A stretch of 64,000 nt of DNA from a virus (taxonomy: Duplodnaviria > Caudoviricetes). The DNA lies in IMG/VR virus record IMGVR_UViG_2900261899_000001, positions 32,001 through 96,000 of that record; one strand, 5' to 3'. Every line of letters begins with the position of its first letter. Position 1 is the stretch's first letter. This document shows positions 8,810-19,247 of the stretch, piece after piece. The position numbers were made by a program, and so were the translations under genes. Below the pieces are notes generated by a model. That model was not told the origin of the DNA and searched no databases. It was given only the letters and a program-made list of their open reading frames with translations.

Positions 8810-9079
8810 ATGGCCACCCACACCTTCAAGACCCAACTGAAGCTCGGCTTTGGTGCCGGCCCGGCGATCCCGGTCGATCTGCTCCTGACCTACGATGTGG
8901 TCGACGGGACCGAGATCGATATCCTCTCGGCCACCGCCACCGGCAGCCCCCTGCCGGCGGGTATGCTCCGCCTGATCGAACTCTACCCCGGGCTCAAGAG
9001 CGAGCTTCTCGCGAAGGCGAGGCAGGATGCCGTCGACCGCCGCCGCAGCACGGTCCGGTCCCTCGCGAGGGCGGCATGA
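8810..9079 (+). CDS. Hypothetical early protein
   Basis: Abuts upstream stop; typical codon usage. Confidence 0.65.
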   Translation: MATHTFKTQLKLGFGAGPAIPVDLLLTYDVVDGTEIDILSATATGSPLPAGMLRLIELYPGLKSELLAKARQDAVDRRRSTVRSLARAA

Positions 9080-9238
9080 ACCCGCTCGCCGCCGTCTCCC
9101 TCTTCCTCGTCGGCACGATCGCGGTCGGGATGATCCTGATCCCGATCCTCGATGATCAGTATCGCCGCGCCGTCGACGCCTGGGCCAGCGCCCGGGTTCG
9201 CGCCGCCAACCCCGTGACCGTCGAGAGCGAGGCCGACC

Positions 9239-9463
9239 GTGGCTGATCTCCTCGACGACGCCACCGCCCTCCGCCTTGTCGCGGACGGCCGCAAGATCCC
9301 GAGGTCGAAGTTCACCTGCCTCGTGAAGCGCGGGCTGATCCGCCTGCGCGGGCACGGTGCCAAGACGCGGCCGGTGCTCACCGGCTCCGGCGAGGCAGCG
9401 CTCCGCACGGTCCGCCGCGCGGCGCGCCGGGCTCGGCCCGACGCCCACGCCCACCATCCCTGA
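9239..9463 (+). CDS. Small wHTH-like hypothetical protein
   Basis: LVKRGLI...VLTGSGEAAL. Confidence 0.5.
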   Translation: MADLLDDATALRLVADGRKIPRSKFTCLVKRGLIRLRGHGAKTRPVLTGSGEAALRTVRRAARRARPDAHAHHP

Positions 9464-9649
9464 TCCTGCTCAAGGGCCACGCCCTGCTCTCGTGGAGTCC
9501 ATCATGTTTTCGATCCTCGCCACCCTGCCCGCCACCACCGCGATCGCCGTCACCCTCCTGGGACCGCCGGTCCTGGTCCTCGTGACCGTCTTCGGTCTCA
9601 GCGAGGGTGTGCGGGTCGTGCGCTTTGCTCGGGCTCGGGGGCGCTGATC

Positions 9650-9934
9650 ATGGCCGGCCACCCCCCAACCGCCATCGACGTCCGTGTCGGCCGCCGCCTC
9701 GCCGAGGCCCGAAAGGCCGCCGGCCTGTCCTGCAAGGAGATCGGCGCCGTGCTCGGCATCAGCGCCTCCCTGTTCTGGCGGTATGAAACCGGCCAGCGAC
9801 GCATCAGCGTCGGCCACATGCAGATGGTGGCCGACCTCCTCTACCTGCCGGTCACGACGTTCTTCGACCCGCCCGCCCCGGCCGGCGTCGAGCCGCCCTC
9901 CCCTGCCCTCTCCACCGATGCCGCGGGGATCTGA
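9650..9934 (+). CDS. XRE-family HTH regulator
   Basis: DVRVGRRLAEARKAAGLS...RYETGQRRIS. Confidence 0.85.
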   Translation: MAGHPPTAIDVRVGRRLAEARKAAGLSCKEIGAVLGISASLFWRYETGQRRISVGHMQMVADLLYLPVTTFFDPPAPAGVEPPSPALSTDAAGI

Positions 9935-9936
9935 TC

Positions 9937-10230
9937 ATGGGCATCCGTCGCTCATCAAGATCGATCGAGGTCTTCGTCAATGTCGGGGATGTACTCGGCG
10001 AACTGACCGACGAGGAACTAGTCGAGGAACTGAAGTCACGGCGGATCGACGACCCGAACTTGCTGGGTTGCGATCGGTCAGATGCCGAACACGCGATCGA
10101 CCTTATGCGGTCGCGACACTTCAAGGATGCGCTCACGCTCTTGGAGCGCGCCCTCTACCCGAAATTTCAGTCTCGTGACGCATGCGCAAGCGCCATCGCC
10201 GAGATCCGCTTGAGGGCGTCACACCGATGA
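9937..10230 (+). CDS. Hypothetical protein
   Basis: Coupled ORF in the early operon. Confidence 0.55.
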   Translation: MGIRRSSRSIEVFVNVGDVLGELTDEELVEELKSRRIDDPNLLGCDRSDAEHAIDLMRSRHFKDALTLLERALYPKFQSRDACASAIAEIRLRASHR

Positions 10231-10481
10231 GCCGTCGCAGCGCCCTCTCCCACCGAGCTGTCGCCGACCTTCTTGTCGACGCAGGCTTCACGGACCGCCT
10301 GCCCGCCGACGATCTCGGCATGGCGCACCTGATCTGCCGGGCGGTCGACCGCACCGAGCACAAGCTCGGTCAGGTCCCCGGCACGCCCGACGACTTCGAC
10401 GAGATACGGTTCGAGCACCGGCTGCTGGTCGGGGCCCGCGAGGCCGCGCCGGTCCGCACCATCCATGCGGGGGTGCACTGA
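10227..10481 (+). CDS. Hypothetical protein
   Basis: ATGA overlap with upstream gene. Confidence 0.55.
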   Translation: MSRRSALSHRAVADLLVDAGFTDRLPADDLGMAHLICRAVDRTEHKLGQVPGTPDDFDEIRFEHRLLVGAREAAPVRTIHAGVH

Positions 10482-10635
10482 CCATGGCCGCGATGAACCC
10501 CGCCGCCGCGGTCGTCTGGGTGATCCTGCTGGGTCTGCCCATCGGCTTCGCGTTCCTGGCGCTGTCGCGCCTGAGCTCACCGCCCGCGGCCACCGGGGGC
10601 GATCTCGACACCAACGAACAGCGGGGGCCGCGCTC

Positions 10636-11946
10636 ATGAAGATCTTTCGCCTCGAAGCCGAGAACGTGAAGCGGCTCAAGGCCGTCTCCATCACGCCCGA
10701 CGGCAATCTCGTGGAGATCACGGGCCGTAACGGCCAAGGCAAGTCGTCGGTCCTCGACGCGATCTGGTGGGCGTTGTCCGGAACGAAGCCGATTCAGGCC
10801 GTGCCGATCCGGAAGGGTCAGGATGAGGCCCGCATCCGGCTCGACCTCGGCGAGATCCGGGTCACCCGCACCTTCAAGAAGCGCGATGGCGCCGAGTTCA
10901 CCACGGCGGTGGTCGTCGAGAACGCAGACGGCGCGCGCTTCGCCCGTCCGCAGGAGCTTCTCGACAAGCTGCTCGGCCAGTTGTCGTTCGATCCGCTTGC
11001 CTTCACCCGCATGGACGGCCGGCAGCAGCTCGACGCGATGAAGCGTTTCGTGCCGGGCTTCGACTTCGCCGGCACGGAGAAGGCGAACAAGGACGATTTC
11101 GCCGGGCGGACCGAGGTGAACCGTTCTGCGAAAGCGCTGCGCGCTCAAGCCGACGGCATCACGGTCCCGTCCGGCACGCCCGAGGCCCGCATCGACACCG
11201 CCGCGCTCGTCGCGGAGATGGAACAGGCCGGCGAGCACAACACCGACATCGAACGGCGGCGTGGCCGGCGTGAGCAGGCCGAGCGTGCCATCGAGGCCTA
11301 TGCCGAGACCGCCGCGGGGAGCCGCAACCGGGCCGCCGCGTTGCGGAAGGAAGCGGACGAAGCCGAGGCTCGTGCCGACCGCGACGATGCCGAGGCCGGG
11401 CGGATCCGGGCAAGCCTCGCTGAGGCCTCTGCCCTGCCCGATCCCATCGACACCTCGGCGCTGCGCCAGCGCATCGCCGCCGCCGGCGAGACCAACGCCG
11501 CCGTGGCGCGCCGCGAGGAGCGTGACCGGATCGACGCCCGCGCCAAGGAGGCCGAGGCGAAAGCGGCCGCGCTCACCAAGGCCATCGAGGGCCGCGTCGC
11601 CGGTATGCGCTCCGCCATCGCCCAAGCCGACCTGCCGGTACCGGGCATTGCCTTCGGTGACGACGAGATCCTGCTGAACGGCGTGCCGTTCGATCAGGCC
11701 TCGTCCGCTGAGCAGCTGCGCACCTCCGTCGCGATCGCCATGGCGGCCAATCCGAAGCTGCGCGTGATCCGCGTCCAGGACGGGTCGCTGCTCGATGCCG
11801 AAGCGATGGCGATCCTCGGCGAGATGGCCGACGCGGCCGACTGCCAGGTCTGGGTCGAGTGTGTGCAGTCGGGCCGCTCGACCGCGATCGTCATCGAGGA
11901 CGGCGAAGTCCTCGGCGCAACCGCCACCCCCATCGCCGCGGAGTAG
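10636..11946 (+). CDS. SMC/Rad50-like AAA ATPase
   Basis: GRNGQGKSS Walker A, coiled coil, QASSAEQ signature, VIRVQDGSLLD. Confidence 0.88.
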   Translation: MKIFRLEAENVKRLKAVSITPDGNLVEITGRNGQGKSSVLDAIWWALSGTKPIQAVPIRKGQDEARIRLDLGEIRVTRTFKKRDGAEFTTAVVVENADGARFARPQELLDKLLGQLSFDPLAFTRMDGRQQLDAMKRFVPGFDFAGTEKANKDDFAGRTEVNRSAKALRAQADGITVPSGTPEARIDTAALVAEMEQAGEHNTDIERRRGRREQAERAIEAYAETAAGSRNRAAALRKEADEAEARADRDDAEAGRIRASLAEASALPDPIDTSALRQRIAAAGETNAAVARREERDRIDARAKEAEAKAAALTKAIEGRVAGMRSAIAQADLPVPGIAFGDDEILLNGVPFDQASSAEQLRTSVAIAMAANPKLRVIRVQDGSLLDAEAMAILGEMADAADCQVWVECVQSGRSTAIVIEDGEVLGATATPIAAE

Positions 11947-11951
11947 CCCCC

Positions 11952-12893
11952 ATGAAGATCGAACGCATTCCCTACACCACGCGCGATGCCTGGCTTGCCG
12001 GCCGCGCGAAGGACATCACCGCCTCGGTCGCCGGCGCGGTGCTCGGCGCCCACGAATACACAACCGCCTTCGAACTCTGGGCGCTGAAAAGTGGTCTCCT
12101 GTCGGAGGATCCGACCGAGACGCCGGCGATGCGCCGCGGCCGCCTCCTCGAGGACGACGCCCTGCAGATGCTGGCCGAGGATCGCCCGACCTGGACGGTC
12201 GAGCCGGGCGGCAACGTCTACCTGCGGGCGCCGGACTTTCGCATCGGCGCGACCCCGGACGCCTACGCCGTGGATCCGAACCGACCAGGCCGTGGCGTCG
12301 TGCAGGTCAAGACCGTCTCCGATCTGATCTTCCGCAAGAAGTGGAAGGATGACGACGGGTCCCTGAACCTGCCGGTCTGGATCGCCTGCCAAGCCATCGT
12401 CGAGGCGAAGCTCACCGGGGCATCCTGGGCCTGTGTCGTGCTGATGGTCGTCGGCCACGGCCTCGACCTCCACGTGATCGACATCCCGCTTCACGCCGGA
12501 ATCTGGGACCGCCTCGTCGATGAGGCCGCGGCTTTCTGGGCTCGTGTCGACAGCGGCGAGGCGCCCCCCGCCGACTACGCTCGCGACGGCGACACCATCG
12601 CCGATCTCTGGCCGCCGGATGCGACCCGCGAGGTCCTCGATCTGTCCGGCGACAACCTCATCCCGATGCTCGTCGACGAACTCGACGACGCCAAGGGCCG
12701 CATCAATCTCGACGAGACCCGCGTCAAAGAGATCAAGGCCGAACTCGTCGAGAAGCTCGCCGGCGCCACCGTCGGCCGCCTCGCCGACGGCCGCGAGATC
12801 ACCCGCACGATCCAGCGGCGCGGCGAATTCACGGTCAAGGCGACCAGCTTCCCCGTCCTGAAAATCCGCGCACCGCGAAAGGCCGCAGCATGA
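11952..12893 (+). CDS. YqaJ / lambda-exonuclease family protein
   Basis: WLAGRAKDITAS, RRGRLLE, ATPDA, VQVKT. Confidence 0.88.
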   Translation: MKIERIPYTTRDAWLAGRAKDITASVAGAVLGAHEYTTAFELWALKSGLLSEDPTETPAMRRGRLLEDDALQMLAEDRPTWTVEPGGNVYLRAPDFRIGATPDAYAVDPNRPGRGVVQVKTVSDLIFRKKWKDDDGSLNLPVWIACQAIVEAKLTGASWACVVLMVVGHGLDLHVIDIPLHAGIWDRLVDEAAAFWARVDSGEAPPADYARDGDTIADLWPPDATREVLDLSGDNLIPMLVDELDDAKGRINLDETRVKEIKAELVEKLAGATVGRLADGREITRTIQRRGEFTVKATSFPVLKIRAPRKAAA

Positions 12894-13855
12894 GCCACGC
12901 TCTCGAACTCACCCAAACCGAACGCAAGATCGCGGAACGCATCGATCCGTCCTCGATGGACGGGCTGACGGTTTCGTCGTCCGCCGGCGGCATCGTGTTC
13001 GCCAACGCCGCCGAGGTCATGAACTACGCGAAGATGATGGCCGTCGCGAATAGTGGCGTCCGTAAGCACCTCCGCGGAAACGTTGGCGCCTGCCTCGCGA
13101 TCGTGACCCAGGCCGTCGAGTGGGGCATGTCGGCCTACGCGGTGGCGAACAAGAGCTACTTCTTCAACGACCAGATCGCCTTCGAGTCTCAGCTCGTCCA
13201 GGCCGTGATCCTGAAGCGGGCGCCGATCAAGGGCCGGATCAAGTTCGAATTCACTGGCGAGGGCGAGAAGCGCAAGTGCCGGGCCTGGGCGCGCCTTGCC
13301 GACGATCCCGAAGAGATCGCCGAGTACATCTCGCCCGAGTTCGGCAAGATCACCCCGAAGAACTCGCCGCTTTGGAAGTCCGACCCGGATCAGCAGCACT
13401 GCTATTATGCCGGTCGCGCCCTGTGCCGCCGCCATTTCCCCGACGTGCTGCTCGGCGTCTACGGCGAGGACGAACTGACCCCTCCTCCGCCCGGGCCGGA
13501 CAACGCGCGCGACGTCACGCCCGCGAAGGGGTTGAACGCGAAGCTCGATGCCCTCGCCGCCCGGCCGAAGTCGCAGATCGATCACGCCGAGGATGCCGAG
13601 TTCAGCGAGGCGTTCACCGGTGGCGACCATGAGACCGGCGCCAACGAGACGGTACCCGAGTCGGACGGAGGCGGTGACGATCCGGCCCCCGACATCGATC
13701 CGCAGAGCGCCGCCTACAAGCTCGGCCACGACGGCGGGATGAAAGGCTTTCGGAAAGGGCTGACGGCCGCGATCAAGGAAGATCCGGCGCAGTTGGCGAA
13801 CTACGAAGCCGGGTATTCGGCCGCCCTGCATGAAAAGAACCGGGAGGACGACTGA
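12890..13855 (+). CDS. recT: RecT-family ssDNA annealing protein
   Basis: CLAIVTQAVEWGMSAYAVANKSY, SPLWKSDPDQQ, RRHFPDVLLGVY; follows YqaJ. Confidence 0.85.
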   Translation: MSHALELTQTERKIAERIDPSSMDGLTVSSSAGGIVFANAAEVMNYAKMMAVANSGVRKHLRGNVGACLAIVTQAVEWGMSAYAVANKSYFFNDQIAFESQLVQAVILKRAPIKGRIKFEFTGEGEKRKCRAWARLADDPEEIAEYISPEFGKITPKNSPLWKSDPDQQHCYYAGRALCRRHFPDVLLGVYGEDELTPPPPGPDNARDVTPAKGLNAKLDALAARPKSQIDHAEDAEFSEAFTGGDHETGANETVPESDGGGDDPAPDIDPQSAAYKLGHDGGMKGFRKGLTAAIKEDPAQLANYEAGYSAALHEKNREDD

Positions 13856-14304
13856 TGTCGGTCTCCCCGGACCCCAAGACCAGCGCCGCCGCCGCCGTGG
13901 ACAAGCTGCCTATCGTCATCACGCGCGATGATGGCCGGTACTTCGCGATCGAGGCCGCAGGGCGCCGTGCTGTCGGTCTCGGCTTCGACGAGATGCTCGG
14001 CGCCGTGGTCGGGCTCGCGCACCCCGAACTCACGACGGTGCCCGCGTACATGCGGGGTGCCGGATCTCTCGCCGTCGCGAAGGATGCGCCCTCAGCCACG
14101 ATCACGATCCCGCTCGCTCTCGCGGAGAGCATTTCGGCGGAGATGGCCGACCTGCTCTGCTGGTGCCGCGGCTTCGTCACTGCTCTTCCCGACAATGCCG
14201 ATCGTCACCCGATGGGGCTCGACCTGACCCGTGAAATGCGGATCAGGCTCGATGTGGCGATCGCGGCGGCGAAGGGCATCGAACCGCAGGAATTCCCCTT
14301 CTGA
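13855..14304 (+). CDS. Hypothetical protein
   Basis: TGATG overlap. Confidence 0.6.
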   Translation: MSVSPDPKTSAAAAVDKLPIVITRDDGRYFAIEAAGRRAVGLGFDEMLGAVVGLAHPELTTVPAYMRGAGSLAVAKDAPSATITIPLALAESISAEMADLLCWCRGFVTALPDNADRHPMGLDLTREMRIRLDVAIAAAKGIEPQEFPF

Positions 14305-14540
14305 TGTCGATCCCCGCTCGCGCGGCCGAGCAGGCCGTCACCGTCAGTGTCGCTCGCTGCCCGTGCGGGCTCTGCGACCACGTCATCGGCCTGCTGCACG
14401 ACGAGACCGGCGAGGTTTTCGCCGAATTCTCCCTCGCGCCGGATGCGGCCCGCGGCTTCATCGCCGACGTCCAGACGGTTCTGGACGCCCTGCCCCCCGT
14501 CGGAAGCCTCACCGGCATCCGCTGCGAGGGCACGGCCTGA
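14304..14540 (+). CDS. Hypothetical protein (CxCxxC)
   Basis: TGATG overlap. Confidence 0.55.
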   Translation: MSIPARAAEQAVTVSVARCPCGLCDHVIGLLHDETGEVFAEFSLAPDAARGFIADVQTVLDALPPVGSLTGIRCEGTA

Positions 14541-14579
14541 ACGACCTTCCCCTCCCCTCCTGACCCACGGTCACCGCTC

Positions 14580-15062
14580 ATGGCGCCCCCGATCCTGACC
14601 TCATCCTCCACCGTCTGCCGCGGCCAGATCCAGGCCCGCGAATACGGCTCCGAAGCCGAGATGCGGTCCTCCTATGCCGCGATCCAGAAACGCATGATGG
14701 CGCCCTCGCCACCGCCTTGCCCTCGGCCGGCACCGCGTGCCCCATCCGGCGCGCCGGCATGCTCCTGGGATGCCCAGGTCGTCGCCACGCTCGGCGCCGA
14801 CCGGATCTACCGGGAGCCCCGGCGCATCATCGCCCGCATCGCCGAGGCGCACGGAGTGACCTCGGCCGACATCACCGGGCCGAGCCGTAAGACCCTCCAC
14901 TTCAAGGCCCGTCTCGCCGCGATCGCAGAGGTGCTCGACCTCAACCCGCGGCTGTCGATTCCGCAGCTCGGCAAGATCTTCGGGGGGCGGGACAGCACGA
15001 CGATCCGCAACGCCTTCCGGCACCTCGGACACGAGCCGCAGCCCGTGGGGGCCCGCCAGTGA
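14580..15062 (+). CDS. DnaA C-terminal (domain IV)-like HTH protein
   Basis: IAEAHGVTSADITGPSRK...LSIPQLGKIFGGRDSTTI. Confidence 0.8.
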   Translation: MAPPILTSSSTVCRGQIQAREYGSEAEMRSSYAAIQKRMMAPSPPPCPRPAPRAPSGAPACSWDAQVVATLGADRIYREPRRIIARIAEAHGVTSADITGPSRKTLHFKARLAAIAEVLDLNPRLSIPQLGKIFGGRDSTTIRNAFRHLGHEPQPVGARQ

Positions 15063-15625
15063 ACCTCACGGTGCGCACTGCATTCCCCGCCTCGGCAATA
15101 CCGATGCCGCCGGGCCTCGACCGACCGTTCGCCGGCAAGACCGGGGTCATCGCCGACCGCCTCGTTGCGGCCGAGGGCAACGCCGTTCCGGCCGGCGTGC
15201 TGGCGGAGACGGCATTCGGTGCGGACAACCTCCGCTGCCGGCAGTCCCTGCGCGGGGCCGTCCAGACGCTCCGCAAGGCGTTGGCGCGCACCGGATCGGA
15301 CGACCGGATCATCGAGACCGGCCGGGGGCCGACGCTGACCTATGCGTGGGTGCGGTCGACGCCGAAACCCGAGATAGAACCCGTCGCACCACCCGCCGCC
15401 ATGCCGGTGCACGCCTCGAACCCGCGCGCGATCACCCTGGCGCCATGCGGCTACGCGGCGTGGTCGTATGTGCCTGGCACGAACATCCGCGGGCCGGTTC
15501 AGGTGATCCGCCGGCACGGCGAGGACGAGGAGCGCCGGCTGACGCAACTCGACATCGCGAACGGCCGGCCGACGACGGAGCACGCGCGGTTTGCGACCGA
15601 GGATGACGATGGGGGCGAGGCTTGA
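15059..15625 (+). CDS. Winged-HTH protein
   Basis: LRGAVQTLRKAL...IIETGRG. Confidence 0.55.
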   Translation: MNLTVRTAFPASAIPMPPGLDRPFAGKTGVIADRLVAAEGNAVPAGVLAETAFGADNLRCRQSLRGAVQTLRKALARTGSDDRIIETGRGPTLTYAWVRSTPKPEIEPVAPPAAMPVHASNPRAITLAPCGYAAWSYVPGTNIRGPVQVIRRHGEDEERRLTQLDIANGRPTTEHARFATEDDDGGEA

Positions 15626-16113
15626 GCGCGCCCGAGATCATCGATCGGCGGCTCGACCGGCCTAAGGACGTGAAGGCTTTCCGGCGCTGGCTCGCCCGGA
15701 ACGGTGCCGAGATGCTCGACCCAACGAACGCGTACGAGGTGGTTCGATTCCGGGGCACGGCGGGGCTGTCGATCGTCTACGCGAATGGCAGCGGACGGTC
15801 CCACGCGCTGACCGGTCAGGCCGAGGACGCTTGGACGGCCTTCTGCGACGGGCGGTCGCTCGACCTCGCGCCGCAGGCGGCCTGGATCGACGATCCCGAT
15901 CAGCGTCCCGCTGCGATGTCAGATGCGGACCTGATCGAACAGGCCGGTCGCATGCCCATCACCATCGCGTTCCTGATGGAGCACGACGCCTTGCCGATGC
16001 GGGAGGCGTCCCAGCGCCTCTTCGGACTCGAACGTAGCGGCCGACTGGTTCGCTCCGGCGGCCGGCCCGGCACGGCCCTGACGTGGAACGTCGCTGCCGA
16101 GGTGCGGGCATGA
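15622..16113 (+). CDS. Hypothetical phage protein
   Basis: Overlapping start/stop. Confidence 0.55.
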   Translation: MSAPEIIDRRLDRPKDVKAFRRWLARNGAEMLDPTNAYEVVRFRGTAGLSIVYANGSGRSHALTGQAEDAWTAFCDGRSLDLAPQAAWIDDPDQRPAAMSDADLIEQAGRMPITIAFLMEHDALPMREASQRLFGLERSGRLVRSGGRPGTALTWNVAAEVRA

Positions 16114-16586
16114 TCCGCCACGAGGACGTCATTACTCGCGAGATGGTTAGATCTGAGCCAAATACCTTGTTCGTATTTGGCGATAACCTGCAGCGTCGTG
16201 GGCGAGGCGGTCAAGCTAAAGAGATGCGCGGCGAACCGAACGCCGTTGGCATCCCTACGAAGCGATGGCCGAGCCGAAACATCAACGCATACTTCTCCGA
16301 TGCGGATTTTGCAGAGGTGAAGGCCGCAGCATCGCCTGATCTCCAAAGATTGGCCGATCATCTGCGCGCGGGCGGCACCATCGTCTGGCCTTATGCCGGC
16401 ATCGGCACCGGTCGGGCCGAACTCAAGGAGCGAGCGCCCCACGTCTGGTTTTGGCTGTTCCGCGCCAAGCATCGCCTTCTGCAGATCGTAGCGGAGCGCG
16501 AGGGCCATGCAGTTTGCTCGCTCGAATCCGCCCTTGGGGCCGAGGATTACGCGCGGTTCGTAGCGATGGGGGCCGGTCATGCCTGA
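16110..16586 (+). CDS. Macrodomain-like phage protein (A1S_2505-like)
   Basis: FVFGDN..RGRGGQA...AVGIPTK, GIGTGRA. Confidence 0.7.
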   Translation: MIRHEDVITREMVRSEPNTLFVFGDNLQRRGRGGQAKEMRGEPNAVGIPTKRWPSRNINAYFSDADFAEVKAAASPDLQRLADHLRAGGTIVWPYAGIGTGRAELKERAPHVWFWLFRAKHRLLQIVAEREGHAVCSLESALGAEDYARFVAMGAGHA

Positions 16587-16610
16587 TACGCTTGACCGAG
16601 GTGCACCGGT

Positions 16611-17141
16611 ATGACGGCACCCATCTGCCCGACCTGTGCGACAGCGGCCGTCCTGACCACCGGCGCCGCTGTCTACCCGAACCGTCCCGATCTGGCCGCG
16701 AAGCCGATCTGGCGATGCGAGGGCTGCGGCGCCTATGTTGCCTGCCATCCCGACACGACCGTTCCGCTCGGCACGCCGGCCGATGCCGCGACACGCGCGG
16801 CTCGGATGAACCTGCACCAGAAGCGTCTCGATCCACTGTGGAAGGAGGCTTGGCGCGAGCCGGCCTATGCCAAGAACGGCTGCGGGCCGAAGACGCGCCG
16901 GAGCATCCAGAAGGCCGCCCGCGAGCGTGTCTATGCCTACCTCGCGGGCCGGATGCGGCTGACGCCGGCCGAGTGCCACACCGGCCTGTTCACACGCGAG
17001 CAGTGCCGCGTCGCCTGGGGCGTCCTGTCGGCAACCTCCTACGCGGAGATCCGCACCTGGGCTCGGGCCCTGAACCCGAAGCCGCGCCGCGAGCGCAAAG
17101 CCCCCTCCCCTTCTTCCGACATCCAGCGGATTGCCCGGTGA
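16611..17141 (+). CDS. DUF3268-like zinc-finger protein
   Basis: CPTC, CEGCGAYVACHPDT..PLGTPA, ECHTGLF. Confidence 0.8.
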   Translation: MTAPICPTCATAAVLTTGAAVYPNRPDLAAKPIWRCEGCGAYVACHPDTTVPLGTPADAATRAARMNLHQKRLDPLWKEAWREPAYAKNGCGPKTRRSIQKAARERVYAYLAGRMRLTPAECHTGLFTREQCRVAWGVLSATSYAEIRTWARALNPKPRRERKAPSPSSDIQRIAR

Positions 17142-19243
17142 TCCAGACCCCTATCATCGATTCCCTCGCTGGGCCCGGCGGGCGCCGCGCAGCGCCCAGA
17201 CGCAAGCTCCTCGTCGCCGACCTCCTCTGCGGAGCCGGCGGATCCTCAACCGGCTGCCAGCGTGCGCTGGCCGAGCTCGGGCTCGAAATGGACCTCGTCG
17301 CGGTCAATCACTGGCCGACCGCCATCGCGACGCACGAGAAGAACCACCCGACCGCCCGGCACTACGTCCAGGACATCGCGACGGTGCGCCCGCACTTGCT
17401 GGTGCCGGAGGGCTACCTCGACCTGCTGATGGCCTCGCCAACCTGCACGCACCATTCGGTGGCGCGCGGCGGCAAGCCGACCTCGGACCAGCAGCGTAGC
17501 GATCCCTGGCACATCATCACCTGGCTCACCGAGCTGCGGGTGAAGCGCCTCATCATCGAGAACGTGTGGGAGTTCGTCGGCTGGGGCCCGATCGACCACC
17601 GCACCGGCAAGCCCGTCGCCTCGCGCAAGGGCGAATACTTCCGCGCCTGGATCGACACAATCAAGCGGCTTGGCTTCCAGCCAGAGTGGCGCAAGCTCAA
17701 CGCGGCCGACTTCGGCGACGCCACGACGCGATCGCGCTTCATCCTGATGGCGCGCTCGGACCGCAAGCGACTGGTCTGGCCGGTCGCGACGCACCGCCGC
17801 CGTGACGGCACCATCGACCTGTTCTCAGGCGCGAAGCCGTGGCGCCCGGCCCGCGAGATCATCGACTGGTCGATCACCGGCCGATCGATCTTCGATCGGA
17901 AGAAGGCCCTAGCCCCGAAGACGCTCGCACGCATCTACGCTGGCGCCGTGAAGTTCCGCTGGCCGGAGCCGTTCTTGGTAATCCTGCGCAATCACATGGC
18001 GGCGCAGGGCATGGATGGGCCGCTGCCGGCGATCACCGCTGGCGGGACGCATATCGGCCTCGCGCAGCCGATGCTGATCAAGCAGAACTTCCGGCGTGAC
18101 GTGCAGGGCGTGGATGAGCCGGCACCAACGGTCATGACGCAGGCGCGGATAGGTGTCGCCGAGCCCGTCATCGTGAATATGAAGGGGCAGTCGCTGGCGG
18201 ATGGCGTTGGCCTACCGCTCCCGACGCAGACGGCTCATGCCGCGCATATCTACCTCGCAGAGCCGTTCGTGATGGCCCCGGGAAGCACCGGCGCGCCGCG
18301 CGCTACCGAGTCCCCCCTTCCAACGATCACCACCGGGGGTGCTGAGTCCGAAGACCCGGGGTGCGCACGGCCCATGCCGGTCGAGCCGTTCGTCGTCTCG
18401 GCCGCCCACGGCGTCGATGCGTCCGAGGCGGACCCGCACAGCCGTCGCACGAAGAGCGTCGACGAGCCGATTGGCACCGTGCACGCCGGCGGGGGCAACT
18501 TCGGTGTCGTCGAACCCTTCGTTTTCTCGCGCCACGCCGAGGGCGCGCCGCGATCGATCGACGAACCGACGCCGACCCAGGTCGCCAAGCACTCGCACGT
18601 CCTGATCTCGCCCTATTACGGCTCCGGCTCGGGCGAGACCTGCACCGAGGCAGAAGTTCCGCTGCCGACAGTTACTTCAAAGGGCCGGTTCGGCATGGTC
18701 GTGCCGGTGACCCAGTCGAACGGTGGCGCGCTCGCGAGAGACGTCGCCGAGCCGGTGCCGACGATGACTACGGCCAAGGGCGGCGAATTCGCTGTCGTCA
18801 TGCCCATCACACATCACGACAGCAGCTACCGTGTACGCGACGCCGCGATCGACCCTTTGCCGACGGTCACCGGCGCGAACCGGGGCGAGCTCGCCTTCAT
18901 CGCCGCGCATTTCGGCGAGCGCGATGGTCAGGCGCCGCGCACCCACGACATCGAGGAGCCTGCGCCGACACTCTGCGCCACTGGCCGCGTGAACCTCGTC
19001 CGGGGCACCGACCGCTACGACATCCTCTTCCGGATGCTGGAGCCGCACGAACTGGCGGCTGCCATGGGCTTCAACGAGGGCGAGGCCCGCTACGAGTTCA
19101 CCGGGACGAAGACGGAGCAGATCAAGCAGATCGGAAACGCTGTCTCGGTCGCGAAGATGAAGGCCTGCGTCAGCGCCATCATGGCCGACGCGGCCCCAGT
19201 CCGGCGCGACGATGCGCCCGTCATTCTGATCGCGGCTGAGTAA
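17138..19243 (+). CDS. DNA (cytosine-5) methyltransferase with a repeat-expanded variable region
   Basis: LLCGAGG, ASPTCTHHS, IIENV, RSRF, QIGNAV. Confidence 0.92.
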   Translation: MIQTPIIDSLAGPGGRRAAPRRKLLVADLLCGAGGSSTGCQRALAELGLEMDLVAVNHWPTAIATHEKNHPTARHYVQDIATVRPHLLVPEGYLDLLMASPTCTHHSVARGGKPTSDQQRSDPWHIITWLTELRVKRLIIENVWEFVGWGPIDHRTGKPVASRKGEYFRAWIDTIKRLGFQPEWRKLNAADFGDATTRSRFILMARSDRKRLVWPVATHRRRDGTIDLFSGAKPWRPAREIIDWSITGRSIFDRKKALAPKTLARIYAGAVKFRWPEPFLVILRNHMAAQGMDGPLPAITAGGTHIGLAQPMLIKQNFRRDVQGVDEPAPTVMTQARIGVAEPVIVNMKGQSLADGVGLPLPTQTAHAAHIYLAEPFVMAPGSTGAPRATESPLPTITTGGAESEDPGCARPMPVEPFVVSAAHGVDASEADPHSRRTKSVDEPIGTVHAGGGNFGVVEPFVFSRHAEGAPRSIDEPTPTQVAKHSHVLISPYYGSGSGETCTEAEVPLPTVTSKGRFGMVVPVTQSNGGALARDVAEPVPTMTTAKGGEFAVVMPITHHDSSYRVRDAAIDPLPTVTGANRGELAFIAAHFGERDGQAPRTHDIEEPAPTLCATGRVNLVRGTDRYDILFRMLEPHELAAAMGFNEGEARYEFTGTKTEQIKQIGNAVSVAKMKACVSAIMADAAPVRRDDAPVILIAAE

Positions 19244-19247
19244 GGCG

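Noticed and set aside
8399-13831. Long antisense ORFs (352, 445 and 418 aa)
   Set aside because: Shadow frames of high-GC genes with clear motifs on the plus strand
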